Of a DNA stretch of 64,000 nucleotides, positions 52,964 through 63,874 are shown piece after piece. The notes under the pieces were generated by a model. It was not told the origin of the DNA, did no database searches, and saw only the letters and a program-made list of their open reading frames with translations. The translations under genes and the position numbers were made by a program. How positions within the stretch are numbered: the first letter of the stretch is position 1; each line of letters opens with the position of its first letter. Source of the DNA: an uncultured Synergistia bacterium (lineage in GTDB: Bacteria; Vulcanimicrobiota; SpSt-956; JAKJGF01); assembly GCA_964431735.1 (NCBI GenBank), contig CAYSLJ010000014.1, positions 108-64,107 on the forward strand, written 5' to 3'.

Positions 52964-53218
52964 ATGAGTCAGGGTAGACGAAAGATACGACTTGGTAAGG
53001 TCGTAAGCAATAAAATGGATAAATCTGTTGTAGTAGTTTATGAATCTTTGATTGCCCATCCTATATATAAAAAGAGGATTAAGAGAAGTAAAAAATTTAC
53101 AGCCCATGACGAGCAAAATCAATGTAATATTGGTGATATAGTCAGGATAGAAGAAACCCGCCCTTTAAGTAAGACAAAATGCTGGAGGGTTGTTGAAGTA
53201 GTGGAAAAGGTGAAATAA
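52964..53218 (+). CDS. rpsQ: 30S ribosomal protein S17
   Basis: [17 protein letters not shown]. Confidence 0.98.
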   Translation: MSQGRRKIRLGKVVSNKMDKSVVVVYESLIAHPIYKKRIKRSKKFTAHDEQNQCNIGDIVRIEETRPLSKTKCWRVVEVVEKVK

Positions 53219-53243
53219 TTGTGTATTCTGGAGGGGTATTTTT

Positions 53244-53612
53244 ATGATACAACAAATGACTAGATTGAATGTGGCTGATAATTCAGGTGCCCGTGTTATA
53301 ATGTGTATTGGAATTCCGAAGAATTCGCTCCATCGTTATGCAGGTGTGGGAGATGTCATTACTGCTTCCGTAAAAGAAGCTATCCCGGGAGCGCCTGTAA
53401 AGAAAAAAGATGTAGTAAAAGCTGTTATAGTCCGGACAAAAAAGAAGTATCGCCGTGAAGATGGGTCATATATAAGATTTGATGATAATGCAGCAGTACT
53501 TGTAGATCATCAGATGAATCCTAAAGGAACCAGAATTTTCGGGCCTGTTGCAAGAGAATTAAGAGCAAAAGACTTTATGAAAATAGTGTCTCTGGCTCCG
53601 GAAGTTCTTTAG
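53244..53612 (+). CDS. rplN: 50S ribosomal protein L14
   Basis: VADNSGA, SLAPEVL. Confidence 0.98.
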   Translation: MIQQMTRLNVADNSGARVIMCIGIPKNSLHRYAGVGDVITASVKEAIPGAPVKKKDVVKAVIVRTKKKYRREDGSYIRFDDNAAVLVDHQMNPKGTRIFGPVARELRAKDFMKIVSLAPEVL

Positions 53613-53642
53613 AAGTTCTGAAACGGAAAGAGGGTAATATCT

Positions 53643-53879
53643 TTGAAACAAAATGTAAAAAAAGGCGACATGGTTATTGTTATAGCAGGTGACGATAAAG
53701 GGAAAAAAGGAAAAGTTCTTAAAGTTTTTCCTAAAAAGCAGAGAGCAATTGTAGAGGGTCTTAATATAGTGAAGAAACATGTTAAAGCCCGTCCTCCTAA
53801 AGTACCCCAGGGTGGTATAATAGAGGAATCTGCACCCATTCATATGTCCAATCTTAAGCTTGCTAAATCTGAAGGATAA
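53643..53879 (+). CDS. rplX: 50S ribosomal protein L24 (short form)
   Basis: KOW motif [24 protein letters not shown]. Confidence 0.96.
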   Translation: MKQNVKKGDMVIVIAGDDKGKKGKVLKVFPKKQRAIVEGLNIVKKHVKARPPKVPQGGIIEESAPIHMSNLKLAKSEG

Positions 53880-53891
53880 GGAGGTGTCCTG

Positions 53892-54434
53892 GTGACCAGA
53901 ATAAAAGAGAAATATTTAAAAGAAATAGTGCCGTCTCTTATGAAAACCTTTTCTTATTCTAATATTATGCAGGTTCCAAAACTTCATAAAGTAGTTTTAA
54001 ATATGGGTGTCGGCGAAGCAATTCAGACTCCTAAATTACTGGATGCAGCAGTGCAGGAACTCGGTCTTATTGCAGCACAGCGTCCTGTAGTCTGTAAGGC
54101 AACAAAATCTGTATCTGCTTTTAAATTGAGAGAAGGTATGTCTATAGGATGTAAGGTTACTCTGAGAGGAGAGCGTATGGAAGCTTTTCTTGAAAAGTTA
54201 ATTCATATCGCTTTACCCCGTATCAGAGATTTTCGCGGTGTTTCTTCGAAATCTTTTGACGGACGCGGAAATTATTCCCTGGGAATAAAGGATCATTTGA
54301 TTTTCCCTGAATTAGAATATGATAAAGTCGAAAAATCCAGAGGACTGGATATTACGATTGTTACAACTGCTAAAACCGATGAAGAAGGCAGGGAATTTAT
54401 GAGACTTTTAGGGATCCCGATGAGGGAAAATTAA
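53892..54434 (+). CDS. rplE: 50S ribosomal protein L5
   Basis: [16 protein letters not shown]. Confidence 0.98.
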   Translation: MTRIKEKYLKEIVPSLMKTFSYSNIMQVPKLHKVVLNMGVGEAIQTPKLLDAAVQELGLIAAQRPVVCKATKSVSAFKLREGMSIGCKVTLRGERMEAFLEKLIHIALPRIRDFRGVSSKSFDGRGNYSLGIKDHLIFPELEYDKVEKSRGLDITIVTTAKTDEEGREFMRLLGIPMREN

Positions 54435-54459
54435 TAGAAAAGGCAGGTGAGATAAGAGT

Positions 54460-54645
54460 TTGGCTAAGACATCGTTAATTGAAAAATGGAAAAAAACTCC
54501 TAAATATGCAGTCAGAAAATATAATCGCTGCCGTGAATGCGGAAGACCGAGAGGATATCACAGAAAATTCCATCTCTGTCGTATATGTCTCCGTCTCCTT
54601 GCTCACAAAGGATTATTGCCGGGAGTTACAAAATCAAGCTGGTAA
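54460..54645 (+). CDS. rpsN: 30S ribosomal protein S14, zinc-binding type
   Basis: [13 protein letters not shown]; 61 aa. Confidence 0.97.
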   Translation: MAKTSLIEKWKKTPKYAVRKYNRCRECGRPRGYHRKFHLCRICLRLLAHKGLLPGVTKSSW

Positions 54646-54684
54646 AATGTTTTTATTAAATAATTAAGGAGGTGGTAATGATTT

Positions 54685-55083
54685 ATGGCAGTAACTGATC
54701 CTATTGCAGATATGTTGACCAGAATAAGGAATGCAAATTCAGCTATGCATCCACAGGTTGATATTCCTGCTTCAAAATTGAAATTAAAAATAGCAAAAGT
54801 GCTCAGAGAAGAAGGGTTTATAAAGGATTATTACTTTATCAGAAGTGGTCCTCAGGGCATTATAAGAATATTTTTAAAGTATGCTCCCAACGGTGATAGG
54901 GTTATATCCAAACTTTTAAGAATAAGTAAACCCGGTCTTAGAATATACAAAAAGTATAAAAATCTTCCCAGAGTTATCGGATGTATGGGATTGGCAATAC
55001 TTTCTACATCTAAAGGGGTTATGACTGACAGTAAAGCTCGAAGTATGGGAGTCGGGGGAGAGATTTTATGTTATGTTTGGTAG
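54685..55083 (+). CDS. rpsH: 30S ribosomal protein S8
   Basis: [21 protein letters not shown]. Confidence 0.98.
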   Translation: MAVTDPIADMLTRIRNANSAMHPQVDIPASKLKLKIAKVLREEGFIKDYYFIRSGPQGIIRIFLKYAPNGDRVISKLLRISKPGLRIYKKYKNLPRVIGCMGLAILSTSKGVMTDSKARSMGVGGEILCYVW

Positions 55084-55108
55084 ATTGTGTCGATAAGGAG
55101 GGTGTATT

Positions 55109-55657
55109 GTGTCACGAATAGGTAAAAAGCCTGTAGAAATACCAAAAGGCGTTAAAGTTACACTTGATAAGAGTAATAATATTTTGATTGAGGGTCCCAA
55201 AGGGAAACTCTCTCACAGGATACCTGAAACCGTAAAGATTACTCTTGAGGATAAATCTCTCAATGTAAGCTGTGCTTCTGAAGATAAGAATACAAGGGCT
55301 TTACATGGACTTACGAGAAGTCTCGTTTCCAATATGGTAGAAGGTGTTTCCACCGGATTTCAGAAAACCCTTTTATTGAAAGGTGTAGGCTACAGAGCAA
55401 AGAAATCTGGAAATAAAATTTTACTTTCTATTGGCTATTCTCATACGGTGGAAATCAATCCTATGCCGGGAATAGAACTTGATGTAGAAGGTACAGACAG
55501 GATGATTGTCCGCGGTATCGATAAAGTTGTAGTCGGACAGATGGCAGCAAATATGAAAAGTATCAGACCACCTGACCCCTATAAGCAAAAAGGTATTATG
55601 TATGAAGGTGAAAGATTGAAGAAGAAAATGGGAAAGGCCGGCAAAGTAGGTAAATAG
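55109..55657 (+). CDS. rplF: 50S ribosomal protein L6
   Basis: MSRIGKKP, PDPYKQKG. Confidence 0.98.
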   Translation: MSRIGKKPVEIPKGVKVTLDKSNNILIEGPKGKLSHRIPETVKITLEDKSLNVSCASEDKNTRALHGLTRSLVSNMVEGVSTGFQKTLLLKGVGYRAKKSGNKILLSIGYSHTVEINPMPGIELDVEGTDRMIVRGIDKVVVGQMAANMKSIRPPDPYKQKGIMYEGERLKKKMGKAGKVGK

Positions 55658-55690
55658 TTTTTGCCCGGGTTTGAGAGGAGTGAAAGTAAT

Positions 55691-56059
55691 TTGATTACAC
55701 CAGTAGCCAGAGACAAAGAGAGAGAAAAAAGGCATCTCAGAATAAGAAAAAAAGTTTTTGGAACAACCGAACGTCCCAGACTCTGTGTTTTCAGAAGTCT
55801 GAATAATATATACGCTCAGATTATAGATGATGTTAAAGGAGTTACTCTTGTAGCAGCATCTTCACTGGATAAAGATATTAAAGGACAGATAGAAGATAAG
55901 GGTAAAAAGGATGTTGCAAAACTGGTTGGAAATGTGGTTGCCAGAAAAGCTCTTGAGAAAAACATTACAAAAGTTGTCTTCGATAGAGCAGGATATAAAT
56001 ATCACGGTAGAGTTAAGGATCTAGGTGACGGTGCAAGAGAACAGGGACTTGTTTTCTAG
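55691..56059 (+). CDS. rplR: 50S ribosomal protein L18
   Basis: [23 protein letters not shown]; start set at the TTG after GAGGAG. Confidence 0.96.
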   Translation: MITPVARDKEREKRHLRIRKKVFGTTERPRLCVFRSLNNIYAQIIDDVKGVTLVAASSLDKDIKGQIEDKGKKDVAKLVGNVVARKALEKNITKVVFDRAGYKYHGRVKDLGDGAREQGLVF

Positions 56060-56106
56060 TACTTATTTTTTCAGAAAGGAGGATGGGTTAACCAGAATCT
56101 ATCATT

Positions 56107-56628
56107 ATGAATGATAAGAAAAAATTTGACAATATAAAAGAAGAAGGCGAATTTACTGAAAACGTTATAAGAGTTAGCAGAGTATCTAAAGTTGTTAAAG
56201 GTGGAAAGAGATTTAACTTTAGTGCTTTAGTGGCAGTAGGAAATGGTAAAGGTAGGGTCGGACTCGGACTTGGAAAAGCTTCCGGAGTTCCTGAAGCAAT
56301 CAGAAAAGCTGTGGAGGATGCCAAGAAGAATATGGTTGATGTTCCGATAATACATGGTACTATTCCTCATGAAGTTCAGGCCAAATTCAGCGCAGGTGTG
56401 GTATTGCTGAAACCTGCCGGACCCGGTACCGGTGTTATAGCAGGAGGTGCGGTAAGAGCACTTGTTGAACTGGCAGGAATAAATAACATATTAACTAAAT
56501 CTCTTGGTTCTTCCAATGCACTTAATATGGCGAAAGCTACTATTAAATGTCTGGAACTGTTGAAACTCAACAGCAGTATATCAAAGCTCAGAGGAAGAAC
56601 AGGGGAAGAATCATCATCTCAGAATTAA
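56107..56628 (+). CDS. rpsE: 30S ribosomal protein S5
   Basis: [17 protein letters not shown]. Confidence 0.98.
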   Translation: MNDKKKFDNIKEEGEFTENVIRVSRVSKVVKGGKRFNFSALVAVGNGKGRVGLGLGKASGVPEAIRKAVEDAKKNMVDVPIIHGTIPHEVQAKFSAGVVLLKPAGPGTGVIAGGAVRALVELAGINNILTKSLGSSNALNMAKATIKCLELLKLNSSISKLRGRTGEESSSQN

Positions 56629-56688
56629 ATAAATTAACGTAAAGGAGGGCTGGCAGGACAGCCAGATGTCTGGTTGTCTGCAGGTATT

Positions 56689-57150
56689 ATGAAATTGAAT
56701 GATCTTCGACCAGCTGAAGGTTCCACAAAGAAATGTAAAAGAAGAGGTCGTGGTCATGGTAGTGGACTGGTTAAGACTGCTGGCCGTGGAAGTAAAGGAC
56801 AGAGATCTCGTTCCGGTGGAACAAAGGGTGCTCAGTTTGAAGGTGGACAGACTCCATGGTATCGTAGACTGCCTCATTTAAGAGGTGTTTCGAATCGTAG
56901 CCGCAATATAGCTATTTTCCGAAAGGAATACGAGATAGTCAATGTCACCAGTTTAAATGACTTCCCTGAAAATAGTGTAATTACTCCAGAGTTATTAATT
57001 GATAATGGTTTAATTAAGAAGAATTATTTTGGAGTTAAAATACTCGGTGAGGGCGAATTGAAAAAGGCTCTTACTGTAAAAGCTCATAAATTTTCCAAAT
57101 CTGCTCTTGAGAAAATAGGTGCTGTAGGTGGGAAAGCTGAGGTGATATAG
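56689..57150 (+). CDS. rplO: 50S ribosomal protein L15
   Basis: [28 protein letters not shown]; start set at ATG 56689. Confidence 0.97.
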   Translation: MKLNDLRPAEGSTKKCKRRGRGHGSGLVKTAGRGSKGQRSRSGGTKGAQFEGGQTPWYRRLPHLRGVSNRSRNIAIFRKEYEIVNVTSLNDFPENSVITPELLIDNGLIKKNYFGVKILGEGELKKALTVKAHKFSKSALEKIGAVGGKAEVI

Positions 57151-58464
57151 TTGCTAGCGGCTTTAATCAGTGCTTTCAAAATCCCTGATATAAGAAAAAG
57201 GATATTATTCGTTTTTGCAGGGTTTGCTGTCTTTATATTCACCGTTCATGTAACAGTCCCCGGGGTTAACCGTGTTCTATGGGAGCAGCTCCTGAGTACA
57301 GGAGGTCTCGGCGGTTTTCTCGGGATGTTTACAGGCGGAGCTTTGAATAAATTCTCTATCTGTGCTATGGGAATAACTCCTTACATCAATGCATCTATTA
57401 TCATGCAGTTACTTACTATTGTTATTCCCCAGTTAGAGAAGATGGCAAAAGAAGAGGGAGAAGCAGGACGTAAGAAAATATCACAGTATACGAGATATTT
57501 AACTGTAGTCCTGGCTTTTGTTCAGGCAACAACTATGACACTGGGACTTGCTAAATATAAAAGTAATGAGGGACAGCATATCTTTACAATTCTGGATAGT
57601 AATCTTCCTTCTTACGAATATGCTCTTTACTGTGCTCTTGTTGTTGTATCTCTTACGGCAGGAACAGCTTTTCTTATGTGGCTCGGTGAACAGATGAGTG
57701 ATAAAGGTATAGGGAACGGAGTTTCCATGCTTATATTTATCGGTATAGTACTTCGTCTGCCCCATAATGTACTGGATACATTCAAAATAATAAATGCAGG
57801 AGAAGTAAGCGGTCTCAGACTTATTGCCTTTGTCGTTATTACTATAGGTTTGATTATGGGTATTATCCTTATACATCAGGGACAGCGCAGAGTACCTGTT
57901 CAGTATGCCAAAAGGGTTGTAGGAAGAAAGATGATGGGCGGTCAGAGTACTTATATACCTATAAGAGTAAACAATGCAGGTGTTATATCTATAATTTTCG
58001 CCATATCAATTCTTTATTTCCCTATGACTATTATGGGATTTTTCCAGGGGAAAGGAAACTGGTTTATTGATATCTTTACATACTGGTTTCATCCCAGTTC
58101 CATTCTCTATAATCTCTCATACTTTTTGCTTGTAGTATTTTTCACCTATTTTTATGCAGCAGTTACCTTTAATATCATGGATATTGCCGATAATATGAAA
58201 AAATACGGAGGATTTATTCCCGGTATAAGGCCAGGACCAAAAACAGCCCAGTATCTTGAAAAAATCCTCAGCAGATTGACTTTTGTATCTGCAATGTTTC
58301 TTGGTCTTATAGCAGTATTACCTACATATATACTGGAATTAACCAGGATAAGCTGGCAGCTGGGAAGTACGTCTCTTTTAATTATAGTAGGTGTGGCTCT
58401 TGAGTTTATGCAGCAGGTAGAAGCGAGACTTGTTATGAGACATTACCAGGGATTTATGAAATAG
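57151..58464 (+). CDS. secY: Preprotein translocase SecY
   Basis: GITPYINASII, GIGNGVS, FIPGIRPG. Confidence 0.99.
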   Translation: MLAALISAFKIPDIRKRILFVFAGFAVFIFTVHVTVPGVNRVLWEQLLSTGGLGGFLGMFTGGALNKFSICAMGITPYINASIIMQLLTIVIPQLEKMAKEEGEAGRKKISQYTRYLTVVLAFVQATTMTLGLAKYKSNEGQHIFTILDSNLPSYEYALYCALVVVSLTAGTAFLMWLGEQMSDKGIGNGVSMLIFIGIVLRLPHNVLDTFKIINAGEVSGLRLIAFVVITIGLIMGIILIHQGQRRVPVQYAKRVVGRKMMGGQSTYIPIRVNNAGVISIIFAISILYFPMTIMGFFQGKGNWFIDIFTYWFHPSSILYNLSYFLLVVFFTYFYAAVTFNIMDIADNMKKYGGFIPGIRPGPKTAQYLEKILSRLTFVSAMFLGLIAVLPTYILELTRISWQLGSTSLLIIVGVALEFMQQVEARLVMRHYQGFMK

Positions 58465-58476
58465 AGGAGTGTCAAA

Positions 58477-59124
58477 ATGAAATTGATTTTTTTAGGCCCT
58501 CCCGGTTCAGGGAAAGGAACACAGGCTAAAACTGTAGCTCAGTATTTCGGTATTCCCCATATATCTACAGGTGATATGCTCAGGGAAGCAGTTTCCAGAG
58601 AAACACCTGCAGGTCTTAAAGCAAAAGAGTATATGGGTAAAGGTTCTCTCGTACCTGATGAAATCATAAATGCCATATTGTTAGAAAGAATTGAGAGACA
58701 GGATTGTCTCGGCGGGTTTCTTCTGGACGGGTTTCCAAGAAATTTATCTCAGGCAGAATTATTATCAACGAAGCTTGAAAAATTAAAAATTTCTCTATCG
58801 GCAGTGATAGAAATAGAAGCTAACTTTGATTCTATTGCAAAGAGAATCTGCGGCAGAAGAAGTTGTCCGAACTGCGGTGCCAGTTATCATATAGAATACA
58901 GCCCACCCGATAAAGAAGATATCTGCAATCAGTGCGGAAAGTCACTTGTTCGCAGAGCTGATGATACACAGGAAGTTGTCAGGTTAAGATATTCGGAATA
59001 TCTTGAAAAAACCAGACCTCTTACTGATTATTACAGGAACAAAGGTATTCTTCATTCTGTTAATGGAGAGGTTTCTATAGATGAAGTTTATAAAACTATA
59101 ATAGCCCTGGTTGAGAAGTTATGA
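58477..59124 (+). CDS. adk: Adenylate kinase with zinc lid
   Basis: GPPGSGKGTQ, LDGFPR, CPNC..CNQC. Confidence 0.98.
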   Translation: MKLIFLGPPGSGKGTQAKTVAQYFGIPHISTGDMLREAVSRETPAGLKAKEYMGKGSLVPDEIINAILLERIERQDCLGGFLLDGFPRNLSQAELLSTKLEKLKISLSAVIEIEANFDSIAKRICGRRSCPNCGASYHIEYSPPDKEDICNQCGKSLVRRADDTQEVVRLRYSEYLEKTRPLTDYYRNKGILHSVNGEVSIDEVYKTIIALVEKL

Positions 59125-59888
59125 GTATTATTCTTAAGACTGATAAAGAAATAGAAATAATGAAGGAAGCAGGTAGAATTGCCGCTATAATAAGGGATAA
59201 ACTGGCAGATATGGTTGAGCCAGGAATTACAACCAGGTATCTGGATAAAAAAGCTGAAAAGCTTATGAAGGATTTCGGTGTAAAAGCTTCCTTTAAGGGT
59301 TATAGAGGTTTTCCTGCTCATATAACTGTATCTGTCAATGAAGAAGTTGTTCATGGTATTCCTAAAAGAAGGAAAATAAAACAGGGTGAAATAGTAAGTA
59401 TTGATTTAGCTGTTATATATAAAGGATATCACGGAGATACTGCCATAACGGTACCTGTAGGTAAGATCCCTGATGACTGGAGAAAGTTGCTTGATGTTAC
59501 AGAAGAGTCTCTTTTTAAAGGTATTGAACAGGCAAGACCTGGAAATCATTTGAGAGATATTTCCCGTGCCATAGAAACATATGTTACAGCTCAGGGCTTT
59601 TCCGTAGTTAGGGAACTTGTAGGACATGGCATAGGCAGAGAGATGCATGAAGCACCTCAGGTTCCCAATTACATATCCTATGATTATAATGTTCCATTAA
59701 AATCTGGTATGGTTCTGGCCATAGAACCTATGATAAATATGGGTACTGCAGATGTTGTATGGCTATCTGATAAATGGACTGTTGTTACTAAAGATCGGAA
59801 ACCTTCTGCTCATTTTGAACATACAGTAGCTATTACCGGAAATGGACCTTTAATCTTGACAAAGTACGAAGGAGGAAGTAAATTATGA
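59121..59888 (+). CDS. map: Methionine aminopeptidase type I
   Basis: HGIP, GHGIG..HE, AHFEHT. Confidence 0.98.
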   Translation: MSIILKTDKEIEIMKEAGRIAAIIRDKLADMVEPGITTRYLDKKAEKLMKDFGVKASFKGYRGFPAHITVSVNEEVVHGIPKRRKIKQGEIVSIDLAVIYKGYHGDTAITVPVGKIPDDWRKLLDVTEESLFKGIEQARPGNHLRDISRAIETYVTAQGFSVVRELVGHGIGREMHEAPQVPNYISYDYNVPLKSGMVLAIEPMINMGTADVVWLSDKWTVVTKDRKPSAHFEHTVAITGNGPLILTKYEGGSKL

Positions 59889-59998
59889 AGGTGAAGCCAT
59901 CAGTAAAACCGAGATGTGAGAAATGTAAGATTATTCTTAGAAAAGGCAGAGTAAGGGTTATATGTGAAAACCCCAAACATAAACAGGTTCAGGGGTAA
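59885..59998 (+). CDS. rpmJ: 50S ribosomal protein L36 (not in the ORF track)
   Basis: Hand translation [37 protein letters not shown]; ATGA overlap with map. Confidence 0.97.
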   Translation: MKVKPSVKPRCEKCKIILRKGRVRVICENPKHKQVQG

Positions 59999-60000
59999 TG

Positions 60001-60069
60001 TCAGTGAGCAGTGAACAGTGAGTAGTGAATAGAAATTACCACTCACCACTCACCACTCACCATTCACTA
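60001..60069. repeat. Inverted heptamer arrays forming a long hairpin between rpmJ and rpsM
   Basis: AGTGAGC AGTGAAC AGTGAGT AGTGAAT versus ACTCACC x3 plus ATTCACT. Confidence 0.8.
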
Positions 60070-60094
60070 ATAAAGAAAGGAGTATTAACCATAT

Positions 60095-60469
60095 ATGGCA
60101 AGAATAGCAGGTGTGGATTTACCCAGAGACAAAAGGGTTGAAATTGCACTGACTTATATTTACGGTGTAGGTCATACTACAAGTAAGAAAATTCTCGAAC
60201 AGGCCAGAGTGAGCCCTGAAATCAGAGTAAAGAATTTAAGTGAAGAAGAAGTCAGCAGAATACGTAATATACTGGAAAAGAATTTTAAAGTAGAAGGAGA
60301 TCTCAGAAGAGAAGTTTCCCAGAGTATAAAACGTTTGATAGAAATAGGATGCTATCGCGGTATCAGACATTCAAGAGGTCTTCCTCTCAGGGGACAGCGC
60401 ACAAAGACCAATTCCAGAACCAGGAAAGGTCCCAGAAGAACTGTCGGAGTCAAGAGAAAGAAAGTTTAA
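60095..60469 (+). CDS. rpsM: 30S ribosomal protein S13
   Basis: [18 protein letters not shown]. Confidence 0.98.
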   Translation: MARIAGVDLPRDKRVEIALTYIYGVGHTTSKKILEQARVSPEIRVKNLSEEEVSRIRNILEKNFKVEGDLRREVSQSIKRLIEIGCYRGIRHSRGLPLRGQRTKTNSRTRKGPRRTVGVKRKKV

Positions 60470-60527
60470 CTTACACGATGTAAGACTTGAGTTTATCAAG
60501 CATCCCGTTGGAGTAAGTCAGAATATT

Positions 60528-60557
60528 CGCGTCACGCGTCACGCGTCACGCGTTACG
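60528..60557. repeat. Heptamer run in the rpsM-rpsK spacer
   Basis: CGCGTCA x3 then CGCGTTACG. Confidence 0.8.
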
Positions 60558-60584
60558 GTTAAATAGGAAGGAGATGGATAAAGT

Positions 60585-60974
60585 TTGGCAAGAGGTACCA
60601 GAAGAACAAAGAAAAAAGAATTTAAAAATATAGTTAAAGGAGTAGCTCATATAAAATCTACCTTTAACAACACTATAGTAACTATTTCCGATACAAACGG
60701 ATGTGTTATAGCATGGTCAAGTGCCGGCACATCAGGATTTAAAGGGTCGAAAAAGAGTACTCCCTTTGCAGCACAGTTAGCGGCAGAGGAAGTAGCCAGA
60801 AAGTCTATGGAACATGGTCTGAAACAGGTAGAAGTATATGTAAAGGGCCCTGGTTCCGGAAGAGAAGCAGCTATCAGATCTTTACAGGCTGCTGGACTGG
60901 AAATAAATCTTATTAAGGATGTGACACCTATTCCTCATAACGGGTGTAGACCTCCTAAAAGAAGAAGAGTATAA
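60585..60974 (+). CDS. rpsK: 30S ribosomal protein S11
   Basis: [20 protein letters not shown]. Confidence 0.98.
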   Translation: MARGTRRTKKKEFKNIVKGVAHIKSTFNNTIVTISDTNGCVIAWSSAGTSGFKGSKKSTPFAAQLAAEEVARKSMEHGLKQVEVYVKGPGSGREAAIRSLQAAGLEINLIKDVTPIPHNGCRPPKRRRV

Positions 60975-60992
60975 TAAAGGAGTTGATAGTTT

Positions 60993-61622
60993 GTGGCCAG
61001 ATATACTGAAGCTGTTTGCAGAAAATGTAGACGTGAAGGAATGAAATTATTTCTTAAAGGACAGCGTTGTTATTCTCCGAAATGTGCCATTGAAAAAAGA
61101 AATATGATTCCCGGTCAGCACGGGCACACCAAGAGAGGTAAACTGTCTGATTACGGGGTTCAGCTCAGAGAAAAACAGAGATTACGCAGAGTATACGGAG
61201 TTCTGGAAAAACAATTTGAAAATTATTATGAAAGGGCTGCCAGGCAAAAAGGTGTTACAGGCGAAAACCTTATAAAACTTCTGGAAAGACGTCTGGATAA
61301 TATCATATTCAGACTCGGCTATGCTTTATCCAGGGCACAGGCCAGGCAGCTTGTCACTCACAGGCATTTCAAGGTTAACGGACATATTGTAAATGTTCCT
61401 TCTTATCTTACAAAGCCTGGAGATGAAATAGAATTAATAGAAAAAAGCAGAGATATGGTTCCTATAAAAGCAGCTCTTGAAGTCAGTAGTGAAAGAGTAT
61501 TACCTTTATGGCTTCAGAGAGGTGAAGATATTTTCAAAAGTAAAATCATAGCAGAACCAACTCGTGAGAATATGGATATTCAGATAGATGACAGTCTGAT
61601 AACTGAATACTATTCTCGTTAG
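60993..61622 (+). CDS. rpsD: 30S ribosomal protein S4
   Basis: CRKCRREG, LERRLDN, ARQLVTH. Confidence 0.98.
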   Translation: MARYTEAVCRKCRREGMKLFLKGQRCYSPKCAIEKRNMIPGQHGHTKRGKLSDYGVQLREKQRLRRVYGVLEKQFENYYERAARQKGVTGENLIKLLERRLDNIIFRLGYALSRAQARQLVTHRHFKVNGHIVNVPSYLTKPGDEIELIEKSRDMVPIKAALEVSSERVLPLWLQRGEDIFKSKIIAEPTRENMDIQIDDSLITEYYSR

Positions 61623-61671
61623 TTTAGTTGAAAGGCGGGTGTTAGGCCGATTTGCCCGGCAAAATAATATA

Positions 61672-62613
61672 ATGCTAAAAATCGAGATACCAAGAGTGGA
61701 ATGTGAAAAATTAACTCCTACATATGGAAAATTTGTTATAGAACCTTTAGAGAGAGGTTATGGTCATACTCTGGGTAACAGTATTACAAAATTAATGCTT
61801 TACTCTATTACAGGTGTGGCTGTGAAATGGCTGAAGATTGAAGGTGTTAAACATCAATTCTCTTCTATACCTGATGTTGTCGAAGATAGCACAGAGGTAA
61901 GTTTAAACGTCAAGAGAATGGTATTTAAAACCGATTATACAGAACCATTTTTTATGTATCTGAATACGAATAAGCCGGGTGAAATTAAAGCCGGTGATTT
62001 TACTCCTTATCAGGATATAGATGTAGAAATACTTAACCCTGATCTTCATATAGCTACTGTAAAAGGCGACAATTGCAAAGTATCTATGGAGATATGTGTG
62101 GAAAGAAGTAAAGGCTATTGTCCTGCAGAAGAGCATAAAAATACTCCAGATGAATATATACCGGTAGATAGTCTATATACCCCTATACGTAAAGTAGATT
62201 ATTATGTTCAGGATACAAGGGTAGGTCAGATAACTGATTACGATAAACTTGTTATAGAGATAAATACAAACGGAGTGCTTACGCCTGATGAGGCTCTTGA
62301 TATGAGTGCCCGTATGTTCCAGGATTATCTGAACTATTTTATAGCTCTTTCTGATGATACCTTTGAAGGTATTATGAAACCTACTGTGCCGAAACTGGAA
62401 GATGAGATACTTAATAAAGATATTGAAGATCTTAATTTTTCCGTCAGATCCTTTAACTGTCTGAGAAGATACGGCATAGTTTCCGTAGGTGATCTGATAC
62501 AGAAGACTGAAGAAGAAATAATGAATTTACGTAATTTTGGTAAAAAATCTCTTGATGAGATTAAATTGAAACTGGAAGAATACAATCTGGTATTAAAACA
62601 AACTGAAGATTAA
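61672..62613 (+). CDS. rpoA: RNA polymerase alpha subunit (divergent NTD)
   Basis: EPLERGYGHTLGN, TRVGQITDYDKL, CTD SVRSFNCL..NFGKKS; start set at ATG 61672. Confidence 0.96.
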   Translation: MLKIEIPRVECEKLTPTYGKFVIEPLERGYGHTLGNSITKLMLYSITGVAVKWLKIEGVKHQFSSIPDVVEDSTEVSLNVKRMVFKTDYTEPFFMYLNTNKPGEIKAGDFTPYQDIDVEILNPDLHIATVKGDNCKVSMEICVERSKGYCPAEEHKNTPDEYIPVDSLYTPIRKVDYYVQDTRVGQITDYDKLVIEINTNGVLTPDEALDMSARMFQDYLNYFIALSDDTFEGIMKPTVPKLEDEILNKDIEDLNFSVRSFNCLRRYGIVSVGDLIQKTEEEIMNLRNFGKKSLDEIKLKLEEYNLVLKQTED

Positions 62614-62631
62614 TCGTTAAGGGGGATAATT

Positions 62632-63018
62632 ATGAGGCACAATAAACGTTCAAGAACATTGGGAAGAGATACAGCTCATAGATTGTCAATGCTCAGGAAC
62701 CTGACGGTCTCTCTTTTTAAAGAGCAGCCTGAAAAATATAAAGACAGTGAGGGTAAGATACAGACTACATTAATAAGAGCCAAAGAGCTTGTAAGATGTG
62801 CTGATAAAATGGTAACCCTTGCTAAAAAAGGAGATCTCCATGCAAGAAGACAGGCCCTTGCCTGGATGAGAGATAAAGATACCACTAAATATCTGTTTGA
62901 CACAATTGGACCGAAGTTCAAAGAAAGATCAGGCGGTTATACAAGAATTGTTAAAACAGGTATCAGAAAAGGCGACGGAGCTCCTATGGCTATTGTCGAA
63001 TTAGTAGCAAGCGAATAA
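62632..63018 (+). CDS. rplQ: 50S ribosomal protein L17
   Basis: [18 protein letters not shown]. Confidence 0.98.
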   Translation: MRHNKRSRTLGRDTAHRLSMLRNLTVSLFKEQPEKYKDSEGKIQTTLIRAKELVRCADKMVTLAKKGDLHARRQALAWMRDKDTTKYLFDTIGPKFKERSGGYTRIVKTGIRKGDGAPMAIVELVASE

Positions 63019-63021
63019 ATT

Positions 63022-63843
63022 ATGATCAGGGCTGAAGGTCTATCTTTTTGTTATGAAAATGCATCTCATGATGCACTTGATAATATTACCTTCCACATAG
63101 AAAGAGGAGAATTTGTAGCAATACTGGGTCATAACGGATCAGGAAAATCTACTTTTGCCAAACTGGTAAATGCCCTTTTACTTCCGACAAAAGGTAAGTT
63201 ATTCATTAAAGGGCTTCTTACGACAGACCAGAGTAAACTCTGGGATATAAGACAGACTGTAGGAGTTATTTTCCAGAATCCTGATAACCAGTTAGTTGCT
63301 ACTGTAGTGGAAGAAGATGTGGCTTTCGGCCCTGAAAATTTAGGACTCTCTCCCTCTGAGATAAGGGAGAGGGTGTCTTATGCCCTGTCTGTTGTCGGTA
63401 TGGAAGAATATAGAACTTCTTCTCCTCATTTCCTTTCAGGTGGACAGAAACAGAAAATTGCCATTGCAGGCATTCTTGCCATGAAACCTGAATGTATAGT
63501 GCTTGACGAACCTACTGCCATGCTTGATCCGAGAGCAAGATGCGATATTATTTCTACCATAAAATGTCTTAATAAGGATTATAACATGACCATCCTTTAT
63601 ATAACTCATTTTATGGAAGAAGCGGTAGAAGCAGACAGAATAATAGTTTTAAATAAAGGCTCTATAGAGTTTACAGGAACTCCTAAAGAAGTATTCAGCC
63701 AGGTTAAAAGATTGAAAAAACTCCATCTGGATGTTCCCCATATTACTGAACTGGCATCATATCTTAAATCTTCAGGTTTTAAGATTCCTCCCAATACTCT
63801 GACTGTAGAAGAAATGCTTACACACTTATGTCCATTAAAATAG
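63022..63843 (+). CDS. ecfA: Energy-coupling factor transporter ATPase EcfA1
   Basis: GHNGSGKS, FQNPDNQ, LSGGQKQ, LDEPT; usual position after rplQ. Confidence 0.93.
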   Translation: MIRAEGLSFCYENASHDALDNITFHIERGEFVAILGHNGSGKSTFAKLVNALLLPTKGKLFIKGLLTTDQSKLWDIRQTVGVIFQNPDNQLVATVVEEDVAFGPENLGLSPSEIRERVSYALSVVGMEEYRTSSPHFLSGGQKQKIAIAGILAMKPECIVLDEPTAMLDPRARCDIISTIKCLNKDYNMTILYITHFMEEAVEADRIIVLNKGSIEFTGTPKEVFSQVKRLKKLHLDVPHITELASYLKSSGFKIPPNTLTVEEMLTHLCPLK

Positions 63844-63874
63844 ACCTAACGGTTTAGTTAAATACTCATAGCCT

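Noticed and set aside
63844-63863. Integron attC-like ACCTAAC...GTTAAAT
   Set aside because: The core sites are only 6 nt apart, far too short for an attC.
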